Origin: an uncultured Nitrososphaerota archaeon
GTDB lineage: Archaea; Thermoproteota; EX4484-205; JAAOZP01
Reading direction: 5' to 3'
Length of the DNA: 64,000 bases
Assembly (NCBI GenBank): GCA_964416155.1
Contig: CAYQCW010000008.1
Coordinates: forward strand, 32,077-96,076
Shown: one piece after another, positions 39,033 through 49,328 of the stretch
How positions within the stretch are numbered: position 1 is the first letter of the stretch
Layout of the letters: each line of letters starts with the position of its first letter
The notes under the pieces: model-generated
The model's input: the letters and a program-made list of their open reading frames with translations, nothing else
Told to the model about the DNA's origin: nothing
The model's database searches: none
Made by a program: the position numbers and the translations under genes

Positions 39033-40310
39033 ATGAGAATAATAGACATGTTTTCATACGCTTTCAGCGCGATAAGGCTGAGGAAGCTCAGAGCAGTTTT
39101 AACTACCCTGGGCGTAGTCATTGGAATAGCCGCCATAGTGGCACTGCTTTCAATAACTCAGGGGCTTCAAGAAGCAATATCCTCACAGCTTCAGAGAGGT
39201 TTTGCAACAGACACCCTAATCGTCACCGCAGGCGGGGGTTTTGGTAGTGTGAACGATTTCAACTTGTTGGTTGAGGATGCTCAAACAATAAAAGAGATGG
39301 GAAACGTTACTGCCTCAATAGCCGTGATTCAAAGAATATGCTATGTGAGAATACCTAACGGACAGGCACGTCGAGTTACAGTAACTGGCGTCGACTATGC
39401 TGCCTACAAGGAGATTTACAGTAGCACGTTCTTAGCTGAGGAGGGAGAGATCCCGTTGAACCCTGAGGACGATGTTATCGTTATAGGAAAGCAGGTGAGC
39501 GACCCTTGGGGTAATGGAACAATTCTCTGCAGGACTGGCGACACGTTAGAGATACTTTGGACGAACACGGCCGCAAGGCCACTTAGAAACGAAACGTATG
39601 TAGGTAGAGTTGTGGCTGTTCTCCGTGAGATCGGGGGATTCACCATCGGTGGCCCCTCAGACAACAGGATATACATTCCGATTTCTAAGGCTCAAAGCTT
39701 CTTCGGAACTGAAGCCTGCGAGATGATAATCGTGAAGTTGAAGAATGACGATAAGGTAACGATCGACAGCACTACTAAGGCTATAAGGGAAGCATTAGGA
39801 GGCAGGGTAACAGTCACCTCTTCAACAGCCATCTTAAACATTATTTCAAGGGTCTTCTCAACGATCGAGCTCTTCCTAGCTGGGATCGCGGCAATCTCGC
39901 TTCTTGTAGCAGGAATAGGCATAATGAACATTATGATTGTATCAGTAATGGAGCGAATTAGGGAAATAGGGATACTGAAGGCTTTGGGCATGAAGAATCA
40001 CCAAGTGCTACTGATATTCTTGTACGAGGCAGCCATAATAGGTCTGCTAGGCACTTTAATCGGAATCGGCGCAGGATGGAGCTTAGCACAAATTGTTTTA
40101 AGAATATTCGGCTCCTCGGGTGGAGCAGGCATCATACGGCAGGGAAACCAAGCGGCAGTATCAAATGGCATCACGATAACACCGGTCCTAACTCCAACGG
40201 TTATACTGGGAACCATTGTCTTCGGCCTGATGGTCACTATGGTGTTCGCCCTCTACCCTGCTTGGAAAGCTTCAAAACTTAAACCTGTTGAGGCACTAAG
40301 GTACGAGTAG
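39033..40310 (+). CDS. MacB/FtsX-family ABC permease
   Basis: RKLRAVLTTLGVVIG, ERIREIGILKALG, YPAWKASKLKPVEALRYE. Confidence 0.92.
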   Translation: MRIIDMFSYAFSAIRLRKLRAVLTTLGVVIGIAAIVALLSITQGLQEAISSQLQRGFATDTLIVTAGGGFGSVNDFNLLVEDAQTIKEMGNVTASIAVIQRICYVRIPNGQARRVTVTGVDYAAYKEIYSSTFLAEEGEIPLNPEDDVIVIGKQVSDPWGNGTILCRTGDTLEILWTNTAARPLRNETYVGRVVAVLREIGGFTIGGPSDNRIYIPISKAQSFFGTEACEMIIVKLKNDDKVTIDSTTKAIREALGGRVTVTSSTAILNIISRVFSTIELFLAGIAAISLLVAGIGIMNIMIVSVMERIREIGILKALGMKNHQVLLIFLYEAAIIGLLGTLIGIGAGWSLAQIVLRIFGSSGGAGIIRQGNQAAVSNGITITPVLTPTVILGTIVFGLMVTMVFALYPAWKASKLKPVEALRYE

Positions 40311-40314
40311 GGAA

Positions 40315-41709
40315 ATGGCTTCCGGCGGATGTAGAGCGAGCTTTGGCATACCGATGGGTAGTCCAACCGGTTTTAAAAGCAAGCCGACGGCTACAATAAT
40401 CATAATACTGGTTAATGTTTTAATATACGTCTTAACCTCCTACGAGAGTTTCTTCATAGAGACCAGCGACTACTGGGTGAGCATAGGTGGTTTCATCCCC
40501 TCGCTTATAGAAACCCCCTTCCAGTGGTATAGGGTTTTCACATCCATGTTTCTCCACGCCGATTTCTTCCACATACTCTTCAACATGTATTTCCTATATG
40601 TTTTCGGCAGGGCTGTTGAAAGCATCCTAGGCAAGTTAAGATTTCTACTTTTATACTTGACAGCAGGAGTTGCAGCACCCATATTCCACACTACGTTTAG
40701 CTTCCTAGGTGGTTTTTCAGCATACACGGTCCCTGCAATCGGCGCGTCTGGAGCGATCAGCGGAATCCTGGGAGCATACCTTATACTTTACCCGGGCACG
40801 TATCTCGTGGTGGGCTGGAGCCTCATACTCCTCCCAATGTTTTTCAGAATCAAGGCCGCCTACTACATAATATTCTGGTTTGCAACACAGGTGATTTACG
40901 GCTTCACCAAGACCGCGGGAAGCACGGCAGTGTTTGCTCACGCAGGGGGATTCATAATGGGAATCGCGTTGCTTCCGCTCCTTGCTGACAAAAGGAGGAT
41001 CGCCATGTTTAGAATGCTTCGGGCATACAGCCTTCTCCCCTACTTGATGTCTATCAACCTGAAAACTAGGGGACTAGGCTTTTTCTCTAAAGCCATTACC
41101 ACCGTTTTCATGGTTTTGCTTTTAGCTGGAGCAGCCTACGCCTCCTCAGGGTCTGCTGTTCAAGGCACTATTAAGTCAACCACAATTCAATACACGTGTG
41201 AAGGAGCCCCCTACGCTGACTACGTGGGAATACAGCTGCCAGACCTAGAATCTCAGATTGCCAGCGTATCTTTGGACACTACGAGAATATTGCTAAACAG
41301 GTTGAACGCGGCAGGAATGCTTTACAATACAGCGAATTCTAACAGGCAGATAATTTTAAGCAGCAAGAGTACTGGGCTCCCAGTAATGGTGAGAATGGGG
41401 TCAACAGTCAGAATTATAAACGTGAATACGACGATACATTATTTTATTGGAGCCTATGATTCCGATGGGTTCCTGAGCAGTGGCGAGGGAAACCTGACAA
41501 CGCGGGCAGTAAGCATCGTCCTATATGGGCAGCTATACCGAATTGTGGAGAGCGAGCCGATCAACTACGTGTTCAAAGTAGCGTCTCAGACGGTTGATTT
41601 AACGGGCCTTACGCGACGCATGGGAGCGCTATCGGCATCCATAGCTCTGGTAGCACTATTCGTAGTGGTTAAAAAGGATGGGGAGTTAACACTCGTGGAA
41701 GAAAGGTAA
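40315..41709 (+). CDS. Rhomboid intramembrane serine protease with a long C-terminal extension
   Basis: SMFLHADFFHILFNM, GASGAISG (catalytic Ser), AHAGG (catalytic His), then an extra TM-ectodomain-TM region. Confidence 0.85.
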   Translation: MASGGCRASFGIPMGSPTGFKSKPTATIIIILVNVLIYVLTSYESFFIETSDYWVSIGGFIPSLIETPFQWYRVFTSMFLHADFFHILFNMYFLYVFGRAVESILGKLRFLLLYLTAGVAAPIFHTTFSFLGGFSAYTVPAIGASGAISGILGAYLILYPGTYLVVGWSLILLPMFFRIKAAYYIIFWFATQVIYGFTKTAGSTAVFAHAGGFIMGIALLPLLADKRRIAMFRMLRAYSLLPYLMSINLKTRGLGFFSKAITTVFMVLLLAGAAYASSGSAVQGTIKSTTIQYTCEGAPYADYVGIQLPDLESQIASVSLDTTRILLNRLNAAGMLYNTANSNRQIILSSKSTGLPVMVRMGSTVRIINVNTTIHYFIGAYDSDGFLSSGEGNLTTRAVSIVLYGQLYRIVESEPINYVFKVASQTVDLTGLTRRMGALSASIALVALFVVVKKDGELTLVEER

Positions 41710-41932
41710 AAAGTTAGATCAAGACAGATAATCGTTATTCATAATGTACTTGAGTGGGCAAATACTTGGGTAAAAAGTTGCAAAATTCTTAAAAGCATTC
41801 GTAGAGAAGCATCGCCGAAATGGTGGGAAACAACTCTGGAAGGCATGGGGCGGCTCTCTTCAGACAATCACATTTAGAATTCACATTTCGTGAGCCGTTT
41901 TAAAAACGGTGTTAGGAGCCTGGTGATGAAAA

Positions 41933-42943
41933 ATGAGTGTTAAAACAAGAGCCGCGGTCGAGGCAACCGCCATGGAAAAACCTGTTTCGGAAACCCTAGT
42001 TCAGGCTACGGGTCTTCGCAAGACATACAGGTCCGGTGGAAAGCAGACGGTTGCGCTTCGAGGAGTCAGCTTCACTGTTGGACAGGGTGAAATAGTCTGT
42101 CTTCTCGGGCCTAATGGAGCCGGTAAGACTACTCTGGTTAAGACATTGAGCACCCTCCTGTTTCCAGACGAGGGGCAGGCATGGGTTGGCGGCTACGACG
42201 TGGTTTCTCAAGCTGACAGGGTTAGGAGAATAATTGGTTACGCTGGGCAAGATAGTGAGAGGTCAGCTTTCTTCAGGTTGACCGCTAGGGAGAACCTGAT
42301 TTTCTTCGCTACTGCTTTCCACGGGTTGCGCAGGCCTGAGGCTAACGAGAGGATTGAGGAGATGGCTGGGGAGTTAGATTTTAAAGATTGCCTAGACCAG
42401 TATTTCATCGCTCTTTCAGGAGGCCAGAAGCAGACTTTCGTAATAATGAGGTCTCTAATAACCCAGCCGAGGATCGTTTTCATGGACGAGCCTTCTAAAT
42501 CCCTTGACCCTCTTACTGCCTCTAAAGTTAGAAAATACTTAAAGGATTACGCTCAGAACAGGGGTGCAGCTATAATTGTTACCACTCACAACATGAGGGA
42601 GGCTGAAGAGATAGGCGATAGGGTAATCATGATGAATAAGGGCAAGATTATGTTCGACGGGACGCCGGAGAAAATGAGGGAATCAGTCACCAGAACCGAG
42701 GTGATTCAGATAAACGGTAACAATGTTCACGAAGGGTTCGTGAAGCAGCTGGCTCATGTGGAGGGGGTTACTAGTGTTCAACGGGAGAATTCTGACCTGA
42801 GAATTTACTGTAAGGATGCTTATGAAACCCTTCCGGTTGTGATCAGGATTTTGAAAAACAGTGGACAGAGGCCTGGAATAAGGATAGAGAATCTGACGCT
42901 TGAAGAAGCATTTAAAAAAATGGTCGAGGGTGAGGAAGGATGA
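41933..42943 (+). CDS. ABC ATP-binding protein
   Basis: GPNGAGKTT, LSGGQKQ, FMDEP, TTHN. Confidence 0.9.
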   Translation: MSVKTRAAVEATAMEKPVSETLVQATGLRKTYRSGGKQTVALRGVSFTVGQGEIVCLLGPNGAGKTTLVKTLSTLLFPDEGQAWVGGYDVVSQADRVRRIIGYAGQDSERSAFFRLTARENLIFFATAFHGLRRPEANERIEEMAGELDFKDCLDQYFIALSGGQKQTFVIMRSLITQPRIVFMDEPSKSLDPLTASKVRKYLKDYAQNRGAAIIVTTHNMREAEEIGDRVIMMNKGKIMFDGTPEKMRESVTRTEVIQINGNNVHEGFVKQLAHVEGVTSVQRENSDLRIYCKDAYETLPVVIRILKNSGQRPGIRIENLTLEEAFKKMVEGEEG

Positions 42944-43746
42944 GCAATATTCTGACAATGATTCGGATGACTGTCTGGAGGAGAATAAGGGAGATAACGC
43001 GCTACAAGCTGAATTTCACAGTGGAGTTGGTAATGAGCTTCATATGGGGTCTCGGCCTCCTGATATTCGGATTCGTAATAGATCCTGCGAAACTAGGCTC
43101 GATTGGAAGCACGAATTACGCCGTATTTCTACTAATCGGGGTTGCTTTCCAAAACTATCAGGGTGCTGCAACCTGGGGAGCCTGGGAGATAAGGGATGAG
43201 TTAACCAGGGGGCAGATCGAGTACACGTTTGCCTCGCCAGTCTCGAGATACGTTTACATGCTTTCCTCATCCGTCTCCCAAGCCGTCGTTGGAACATTGT
43301 TCGGCATAATACCTATGTTTGCAACGGCATTCATTCTCCTAGGCAGTTTTCCACCCCTACCTGCGTTCTTAATGACATGCGTCACGCTGCTCCTAACCTT
43401 CCTAGCCCTCTGTCAAATAGGCGTTATAATGTCTAGCGCCATACTGCTTTTCAAAGATGTTTCAGCAGTGATGTCCATCCTCAATTTCCTCTTTCAAGTA
43501 GCCACGGGAATGTTCGTCCCTCTCCAGTTTATGCCTGACCCGTTGAAAATCCTCGCATTCCTCATACCTCTAACACACGGGATTGATCTTTCACGCCACT
43601 TCATAATGGGGACCAGCACCGTGTGGCCGGTGGAAGTTGAGATCGGAATGCTACTCGCCTTCACACTGGGTTTCGGCCTTCTGGCGAAAACAGCAATATT
43701 CCATCTGGAGAGAAAGGCTAAGAAGGAGGGTCTTGCCCTAGCGTAG
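42940..43746 (+). CDS. ABC-2 type permease
   Basis: Six TM segments, ELTRGQIEYTFASP, GMFVPLQFMP...PLTHGID. Confidence 0.85.
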   Translation: MSNILTMIRMTVWRRIREITRYKLNFTVELVMSFIWGLGLLIFGFVIDPAKLGSIGSTNYAVFLLIGVAFQNYQGAATWGAWEIRDELTRGQIEYTFASPVSRYVYMLSSSVSQAVVGTLFGIIPMFATAFILLGSFPPLPAFLMTCVTLLLTFLALCQIGVIMSSAILLFKDVSAVMSILNFLFQVATGMFVPLQFMPDPLKILAFLIPLTHGIDLSRHFIMGTSTVWPVEVEIGMLLAFTLGFGLLAKTAIFHLERKAKKEGLALA

Positions 43747-43867
43747 TTTACCCCTGCATCCGGTAAACGCTTCTCGTCTTTTCACCCTGTTAATCCTCCT
43801 GCTGAACCTTCTTTCTAAAAAGACACCGTTCCCAAGCGGGCGGGAAAAATGCTTTAATAAGGGGGAT

Positions 43868-45232
43868 TCACTTGAAATGTTTAGACATCTCCAGATTCTC
43901 AGGCATTGAAAGAATGTCGTCTACAACCTGGTTAACCTGCTCTGTAGACTTTGTCCTAGGGTCAACCATTAGCCATTCGAAAAGAGCGTCGCGACCACCC
44001 TCTAAAAATGCTTCAAGAGCCCATTCCATCCTCATCATCCTAGGCCGGAGAACATAGTTTACTATTCGCCTAGGCAGTTTTTCAACCCTCATCCTGTGCA
44101 CGCCTTTCCCGTCAACCTTCGCCGGAATCTCTACGGCAACGTTATCAGGCAAATCCTCTATCACACCCTTGTTTAAAACGTTAACCTGGTAGATTCCCTC
44201 CTTATCGTTCATCAACGAGTCTATTATTGGGACAACCGATTCCCGGCTAAGATTGGGGGGAAGCACTCTCGTCAAAGGCGCCGGATCCTTTATCGCCGCA
44301 GCTACCGTGTCAAAGTTGTATTGAAGCATGTTCAGGTAAACTTGCCAACCGGTTTCAGAATCCGGGCCCGCTAGAGACCCGTACCATTTTCTCTTCGTCT
44401 CAAGGTTCCGATGATACTTCCATGTTCCGCCTCTAACAGTGTCTCCGACTGGGAAGAGCCCGTAGATACTGTACATGTCGACAGCTGCTGGAGACATCTG
44501 TATATCGAACGGGTTTACTTGATCCTGGCTCCACACCCTCCAGTATTCTTCAGCCTTGTTTCGAATCCAGTCGTCTATGAGACGGTAAGCATCCTTCCCG
44601 TTATGTTTAAACCTGGTTAGCCAGATGACGTGGTTAAAGCCTATGGCCTCGAAATCAATATTCCTAGGGTTAAGCCCTAGGATGCTTGATATCTCCAGAT
44701 ATCCTAGGTGACCGTGGCAAAGCCCTATGATCCTCGTCTTAGTCTCCCTGCTTATGAGAGTGGTTAGCTCGAAAACCGGGTTGGCGAGCTGGAGAAGCCA
44801 TGCTTCAGGGCTCAACTCCTCAACATCTCTCGCGACATCCAAGGCAAGTTTAAACTGGCAGTATCCCCATATAGTATGATAGTCTGAAACCATGTTCCAC
44901 TCAACGCTGTTTATTCCCCTATAGTAGCCATGCTTCTCGGAAATACCCCTCATTTTTTCATAGTAGGAGTGGCCTCCAGCCATGGCTGTGTTTATCACCA
45001 CGTCGGAGTCCTTTAACGCAGCCCTTCTGTTGGTTGTTTTCTCGAAAGCCAGGTTGGCCTTAACCTCGGAAGCATATCTCTTCGCGAAAGCGTGAATAAG
45101 ATTCAGTCTCTCCTTATTTACATCCATGAACTTGACTACCGATCCTCTGAGGCTCGGCGTCAAGCATAAGTCTCGAACCAGTGTCGCCGACCAGGCGAGG
45201 CTTCCTGCTCCAATAACAGCTATCTTCACCAT
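43868..45232 (-). CDS. GH4 NAD+/Mn2+-dependent alpha-glucosidase/alpha-galactosidase
   Basis: KIAVIGAGS, LQLANP, GLCHGH, GFNHVIW, VEIPA. Confidence 0.92.
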   Translation of the reverse strand: MVKIAVIGAGSLAWSATLVRDLCLTPSLRGSVVKFMDVNKERLNLIHAFAKRYASEVKANLAFEKTTNRRAALKDSDVVINTAMAGGHSYYEKMRGISEKHGYYRGINSVEWNMVSDYHTIWGYCQFKLALDVARDVEELSPEAWLLQLANPVFELTTLISRETKTRIIGLCHGHLGYLEISSILGLNPRNIDFEAIGFNHVIWLTRFKHNGKDAYRLIDDWIRNKAEEYWRVWSQDQVNPFDIQMSPAAVDMYSIYGLFPVGDTVRGGTWKYHRNLETKRKWYGSLAGPDSETGWQVYLNMLQYNFDTVAAAIKDPAPLTRVLPPNLSRESVVPIIDSLMNDKEGIYQVNVLNKGVIEDLPDNVAVEIPAKVDGKGVHRMRVEKLPRRIVNYVLRPRMMRMEWALEAFLEGGRDALFEWLMVDPRTKSTEQVNQVVDDILSMPENLEMSKHFK

Positions 45233-45337
45233 GGCTACCCGTTTTAGATCCCATTTAGATTAATATAAACCTAATGCGTTAGCCAAGCTCTAAATCTAAC
45301 TAAAAATTAAAATACTTAGAACCTGGCTTTTTCCGCC

Positions 45338-45547
45338 ATGGAGTGCAGGAAGGAAAGAAATTTGAAGAACTGTCCTTGCACATGGCCCGACTGCCCCAGG
45401 AAAGGAATATGCTGCGAATGCATAAGCTACCATAGGGCACACGGAGAGCTTCCAGCCTGCTTCTTCTCCAAGGAGGCTGAGAAAACATACGACAGGTCGG
45501 TGGAGAACTTCGTGAGAGACAGGTTTCCAAATTTAAGGGTCAGATAG
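45338..45547 (+). CDS. Small Cys-rich protein (DUF6485-like)
   Basis: CPCTWPDCPRKGICCECISYH...LPACFF...TYDRS pattern. Confidence 0.75.
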   Translation: MECRKERNLKNCPCTWPDCPRKGICCECISYHRAHGELPACFFSKEAEKTYDRSVENFVRDRFPNLRVR

Positions 45548-45590
45548 AAGATTCGAAAATTTAAAGACAGGGTTAGACGGGCTCTCCTCA

Positions 45591-46781
45591 ATGAGTTTGA
45601 AAGAGCGGAAAAACAGGGATTTCAAAGGTGTTCTTGCAGGCGGCCTGCTCCATCAGGCAGCCTCCTCGATGCAGAGAGCAATAGTCTCTCCCTTCTTCAA
45701 CAGCAAAGGGGTCTCCCCGAGTCAAATAGGTGTATTAAACTCTGTCAGCTGGGGCATCATAAGTTTCACCTCCATGCCGTTCGGCAGACTCTCCGACTCC
45801 ACTGGTAGACGTACCCCACTAATAATTTCCAGTATTCTAGGTGCTGCAGCGTGCATACTGGTGTATTTCAAAACAAATATTTTCACAGCCTTATGTCTCT
45901 ACATTCTAATCGGTTTCTCGACAGCCTTATTCACGCCTAACAATAGTGCCCTAATATTCGAGAGCACGGAATCCTCTAAGGCTCCACTCTTCTTCGCCGT
46001 TTTCTATCTTGCAACTCTAGCCGGGTCATCGCTGAGCTCATTTTTAGCAGGCTGGCTTTCAAAAATCTTTGCCGCAGAACTCCCGTTTTTTACCGCCTCA
46101 ATACTCTTCCTCTTATCCGTCCCGATCTATTTTCTCCATATTGCTGCAGTAAGAGACAGATCCCCGGGGAACAGGTTGAAAGTTTTAGCGAGCTCAGTTG
46201 ATATTAGAACAACGTTGCACATGCTTGGACAGAACCCGCAGCTTGTCTTCTACGGTTTCGCAATCTTCTTTCATGAACTGGGTTTCTTCATGATCTCCCC
46301 CTACATCAGTCTTTTCGCTCAGAGAATGGTTGGGCTAGATATGGCTGGAGTCGGAATGGTCATCTCGATTTGGAACATCGGGCTGGCGGTCGGCTTCCTT
46401 CCCTGGGCGTGGGTCACAACGAGAAGTGGAAGCCGGAAAATAATGCTGGCACATCTGGCAGCATCCTCGCCAACCTGGGTTCTCCTAGCGTTATCAGATA
46501 GTTTTACATCCATGGGGCTCTACATTTTTGTTTTCGGCCTTGTAGGGGCGATGGACCTTCCTGCCAGGAGGACTCTTACAGCAGAGATTTGCAACGGAGA
46601 AAACCTTGGAGAAGCAATGGGATTCATAGAGTTAAGCAATGGTTTGGGTGGGGTTTTCGGAGGAATACTGGGAGGCTTTCTCTGGGAAGGCCTTGGGCCA
46701 ACGTCCATATTTTACGCAGCCAGCATTCTAACACTGTTCTCAACCTTATTATTGTTTTTACTAGTTAGAAAAACCGCTTGA
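45591..46781 (+). CDS. MFS transporter
   Basis: GRLSDSTGRR motif A; about 12 TM segments. Confidence 0.88.
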   Translation: MSLKERKNRDFKGVLAGGLLHQAASSMQRAIVSPFFNSKGVSPSQIGVLNSVSWGIISFTSMPFGRLSDSTGRRTPLIISSILGAAACILVYFKTNIFTALCLYILIGFSTALFTPNNSALIFESTESSKAPLFFAVFYLATLAGSSLSSFLAGWLSKIFAAELPFFTASILFLLSVPIYFLHIAAVRDRSPGNRLKVLASSVDIRTTLHMLGQNPQLVFYGFAIFFHELGFFMISPYISLFAQRMVGLDMAGVGMVISIWNIGLAVGFLPWAWVTTRSGSRKIMLAHLAASSPTWVLLALSDSFTSMGLYIFVFGLVGAMDLPARRTLTAEICNGENLGEAMGFIELSNGLGGVFGGILGGFLWEGLGPTSIFYAASILTLFSTLLLFLLVRKTA

Positions 46782-46847
46782 GAACTGGCGGTTCATCAGT
46801 TCTATTTAGGGCTAAATTTGATAAGTAATTAATGGGATTTTGAAAAC

Positions 46848-47886
46848 ATGGATTCGAGGGAACGAGTGTTAAGAGTGTTAAAGCATGAGGAGGCAGACAG
46901 GGTTCCCTTCATAGATTTCGCATGGGGCGAAACCCCAGAGTCTCCTTGCATTATTATTTTGGCTGCGATATCTATCTAATAGGCCAGATGTAAGTCCTAA
47001 GTATGACACCACCATACTCGAGGAGACGATAAGTTTCGAACATACATAGATTCTTGGGGTGTGAGGGTGAAGGCTTGGATCGGTAGGAGCGGTACGCCTC
47101 ATCCCGCTGGACCACCATCGGTCTCGACGATCGAGGATTTTAAGGAGAAGCTTGAGCCTCTACTAGACCCTGAGCTGCCAATCAGGGTTTCAAGCAGCAG
47201 ATACCCGTTTAAGGGGGGGTTGAGGAAGTATAAGGAGGCTGAAGGAGCGGTACGCCGTATTCTGCTCAATAATGGGTCCTTTGAAACAACCCGACACATT
47301 CTCGGGGAAAGCGTGGACAAGGTGCTGATCGCAATCCATAAAGACCCAAGTCTCGTTAAGCATATTTTCAGACACTTGCTGGTATTTCTCCAAGATCGTG
47401 GAAACCTATCTAAGCTTGTTGACGGGCTATGGGTTTGGGAAGACATGGCTTACAGCAAAAGGCCTTTTTCTCCCCCAAGGTTTACGAAGAGTTGTGAAGC
47501 CCGCGCATGTTCAAATCACTTCCTACGGGGCGAGGAATATGCCAGTCATAATACATACAGACGGTAATGTGAACCTGCTGATTCCCAAATTGATTGAAGC
47601 AGGGTTCACAGCCATACAGCCGTTAGAGGTTAAGGCAGGCATGGATGTTGTTGAGCTGAAGGAGAAATACGGGAAGACTCTTTCCTTCATTGGAAACCTT
47701 GATGCTAGGAAGATTGCCAACACAAAGGAAATAGAGGAAGAAATTTCTCGCAAGATACCCGTTGCAAAAGAGAGAGGGGGATACATAGCTTGTTCAGATC
47801 ATAGTGTTCCGCCCAACGTTTCTTTTAACGCATTCCAAGAATATGGAAAGCTGATCAGAAAATATGGAGAATACGGAAAGCAATAA
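46848..47886 (+). pseudogene. URO-D family protein, multiply frameshifted
   Basis: MDSRERVLRVLKHEEADRVP start at 46848, then WEDMAY, IHTDGN and GGYIACSDHSVP in different frames. Confidence 0.78.
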
Positions 47887-48098
47887 GCCGAATCTCATAA
47901 AAAATATTAAGAAAAGCGCGCGAAAAATCCTAAAAGTCATTTGCATTAACATTACGCAGCTGTAGCAACGAGAAGCTTAAACTCACAACCTCTTCCGAAA
48001 CCACTACCACTCGACAAAAATACGAAGAATCTCATGATACTCATCTATAGGTCTAACGTTAAAATTAATAAGAATCCTACATATGAAAACAATAAGAC

Positions 48099-49184
48099 AT
48101 GAAAAACGTGGGGGTTGACGAGGAGTTTGCGTATAGAATGCAGTTTAACGATGATGCGATGGTGGGTTCCCTCAAGCCGGTGAGACGATACCTTATAACT
48201 CCTATGGGCGGATATTTCCCGGTTTTAACTAGGCTGCAAAACGGGGAGCTAGCAGTGATCTTTCGCACGGGAGACTATCATGTTGGTCAACGGGGCCGCC
48301 TGGAACTCTCGCTATCCAGAGATGGAGGGAAGACATGGACGATGCCGCGGATTGTAACCGTGTCCGAGACCGACAATCGAAACCCTGCCTTCTGCCAGTT
48401 GAAAGACGGTACTCTGCTAGTCGCCTTTGTAAGAGTCTGGGGCTATGAGAATGGATTGTGGAGGGGGAACCGGATGAGGTGGCAAATGTTCTTAACAAGG
48501 TCGACTAATAAAGGTAGAGAGTGGAGTATGCCTGAGCCCCTGGAGGTTCCGTTCAAAGGAGCGGTTTCCCCCTATGGAAGAATGCTTCAGATTGATGACG
48601 GAACTATTCTTATGCCTGTTTACTATCAAGAATATACTTTAGAAGGCTCGATGGAAGCCAGCTATATTCTACGCTCTAAGGATAATGGTTTCACATGGCA
48701 GGATTTAACCATAGTCGCTAAAGGATATAATGAAACCGCTCTTCTACAACTACCTGATGGAGACTTGTTGGCAGCCCTCCGCGGGCCTCATGCTCAAGAC
48801 GGTGGTGAATGCGTTGCTATCAGTCGCTCTCGAGACATGGGTTACACATGGTCTGAGCCTAAACAGGTAACCGTTGGCGGTGAACACCCGGGGGATCTCT
48901 GTTGCCTGAGGAGCGGGAACGTCTTATTAACATTTGGACACCGTAGGGTACCCTACGGTGTCCATTCAGTGATAAGCCTTGACGGCGGCCGATCATGGAT
49001 GTTTAACAGGAGAGTTGCCTTAGTCTCTTATGCAAAAGACGCTGACTGTGGGTATCCCAGTAGCGTCCAGCTTGATGACGGAACCATTTATACGGCTTAT
49101 TACTCGGCAACATGTTTAAAATACAGGGAATGGGGTATACATGCTGCAGGTGTAGCCTACACTGAAGACATATTCTCGATCTGA
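48099..49184 (+). CDS. Sialidase-like BNR/Asp-box beta-propeller
   Basis: Five Asp boxes (SRDGGKTW, STNKGREW, SKDNGFTW, SRDMGYTW, SLDGGRSW) and CGYPSS. Confidence 0.85.
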   Translation: MKNVGVDEEFAYRMQFNDDAMVGSLKPVRRYLITPMGGYFPVLTRLQNGELAVIFRTGDYHVGQRGRLELSLSRDGGKTWTMPRIVTVSETDNRNPAFCQLKDGTLLVAFVRVWGYENGLWRGNRMRWQMFLTRSTNKGREWSMPEPLEVPFKGAVSPYGRMLQIDDGTILMPVYYQEYTLEGSMEASYILRSKDNGFTWQDLTIVAKGYNETALLQLPDGDLLAALRGPHAQDGGECVAISRSRDMGYTWSEPKQVTVGGEHPGDLCCLRSGNVLLTFGHRRVPYGVHSVISLDGGRSWMFNRRVALVSYAKDADCGYPSSVQLDDGTIYTAYYSATCLKYREWGIHAAGVAYTEDIFSI

Positions 49185-49328
49185 GCTTAAGCTCCGCACA
49201 CGGCGAGCAAATTGACGATATTAATGCTGAAGCCTGACGGTTTTTAAAATAGCCGTGCTGATTAACCTTTAATATTCGTCAAAAATAAAAACACATATGT
49301 GGGTGCATGAAACACGGGATGCACATGG

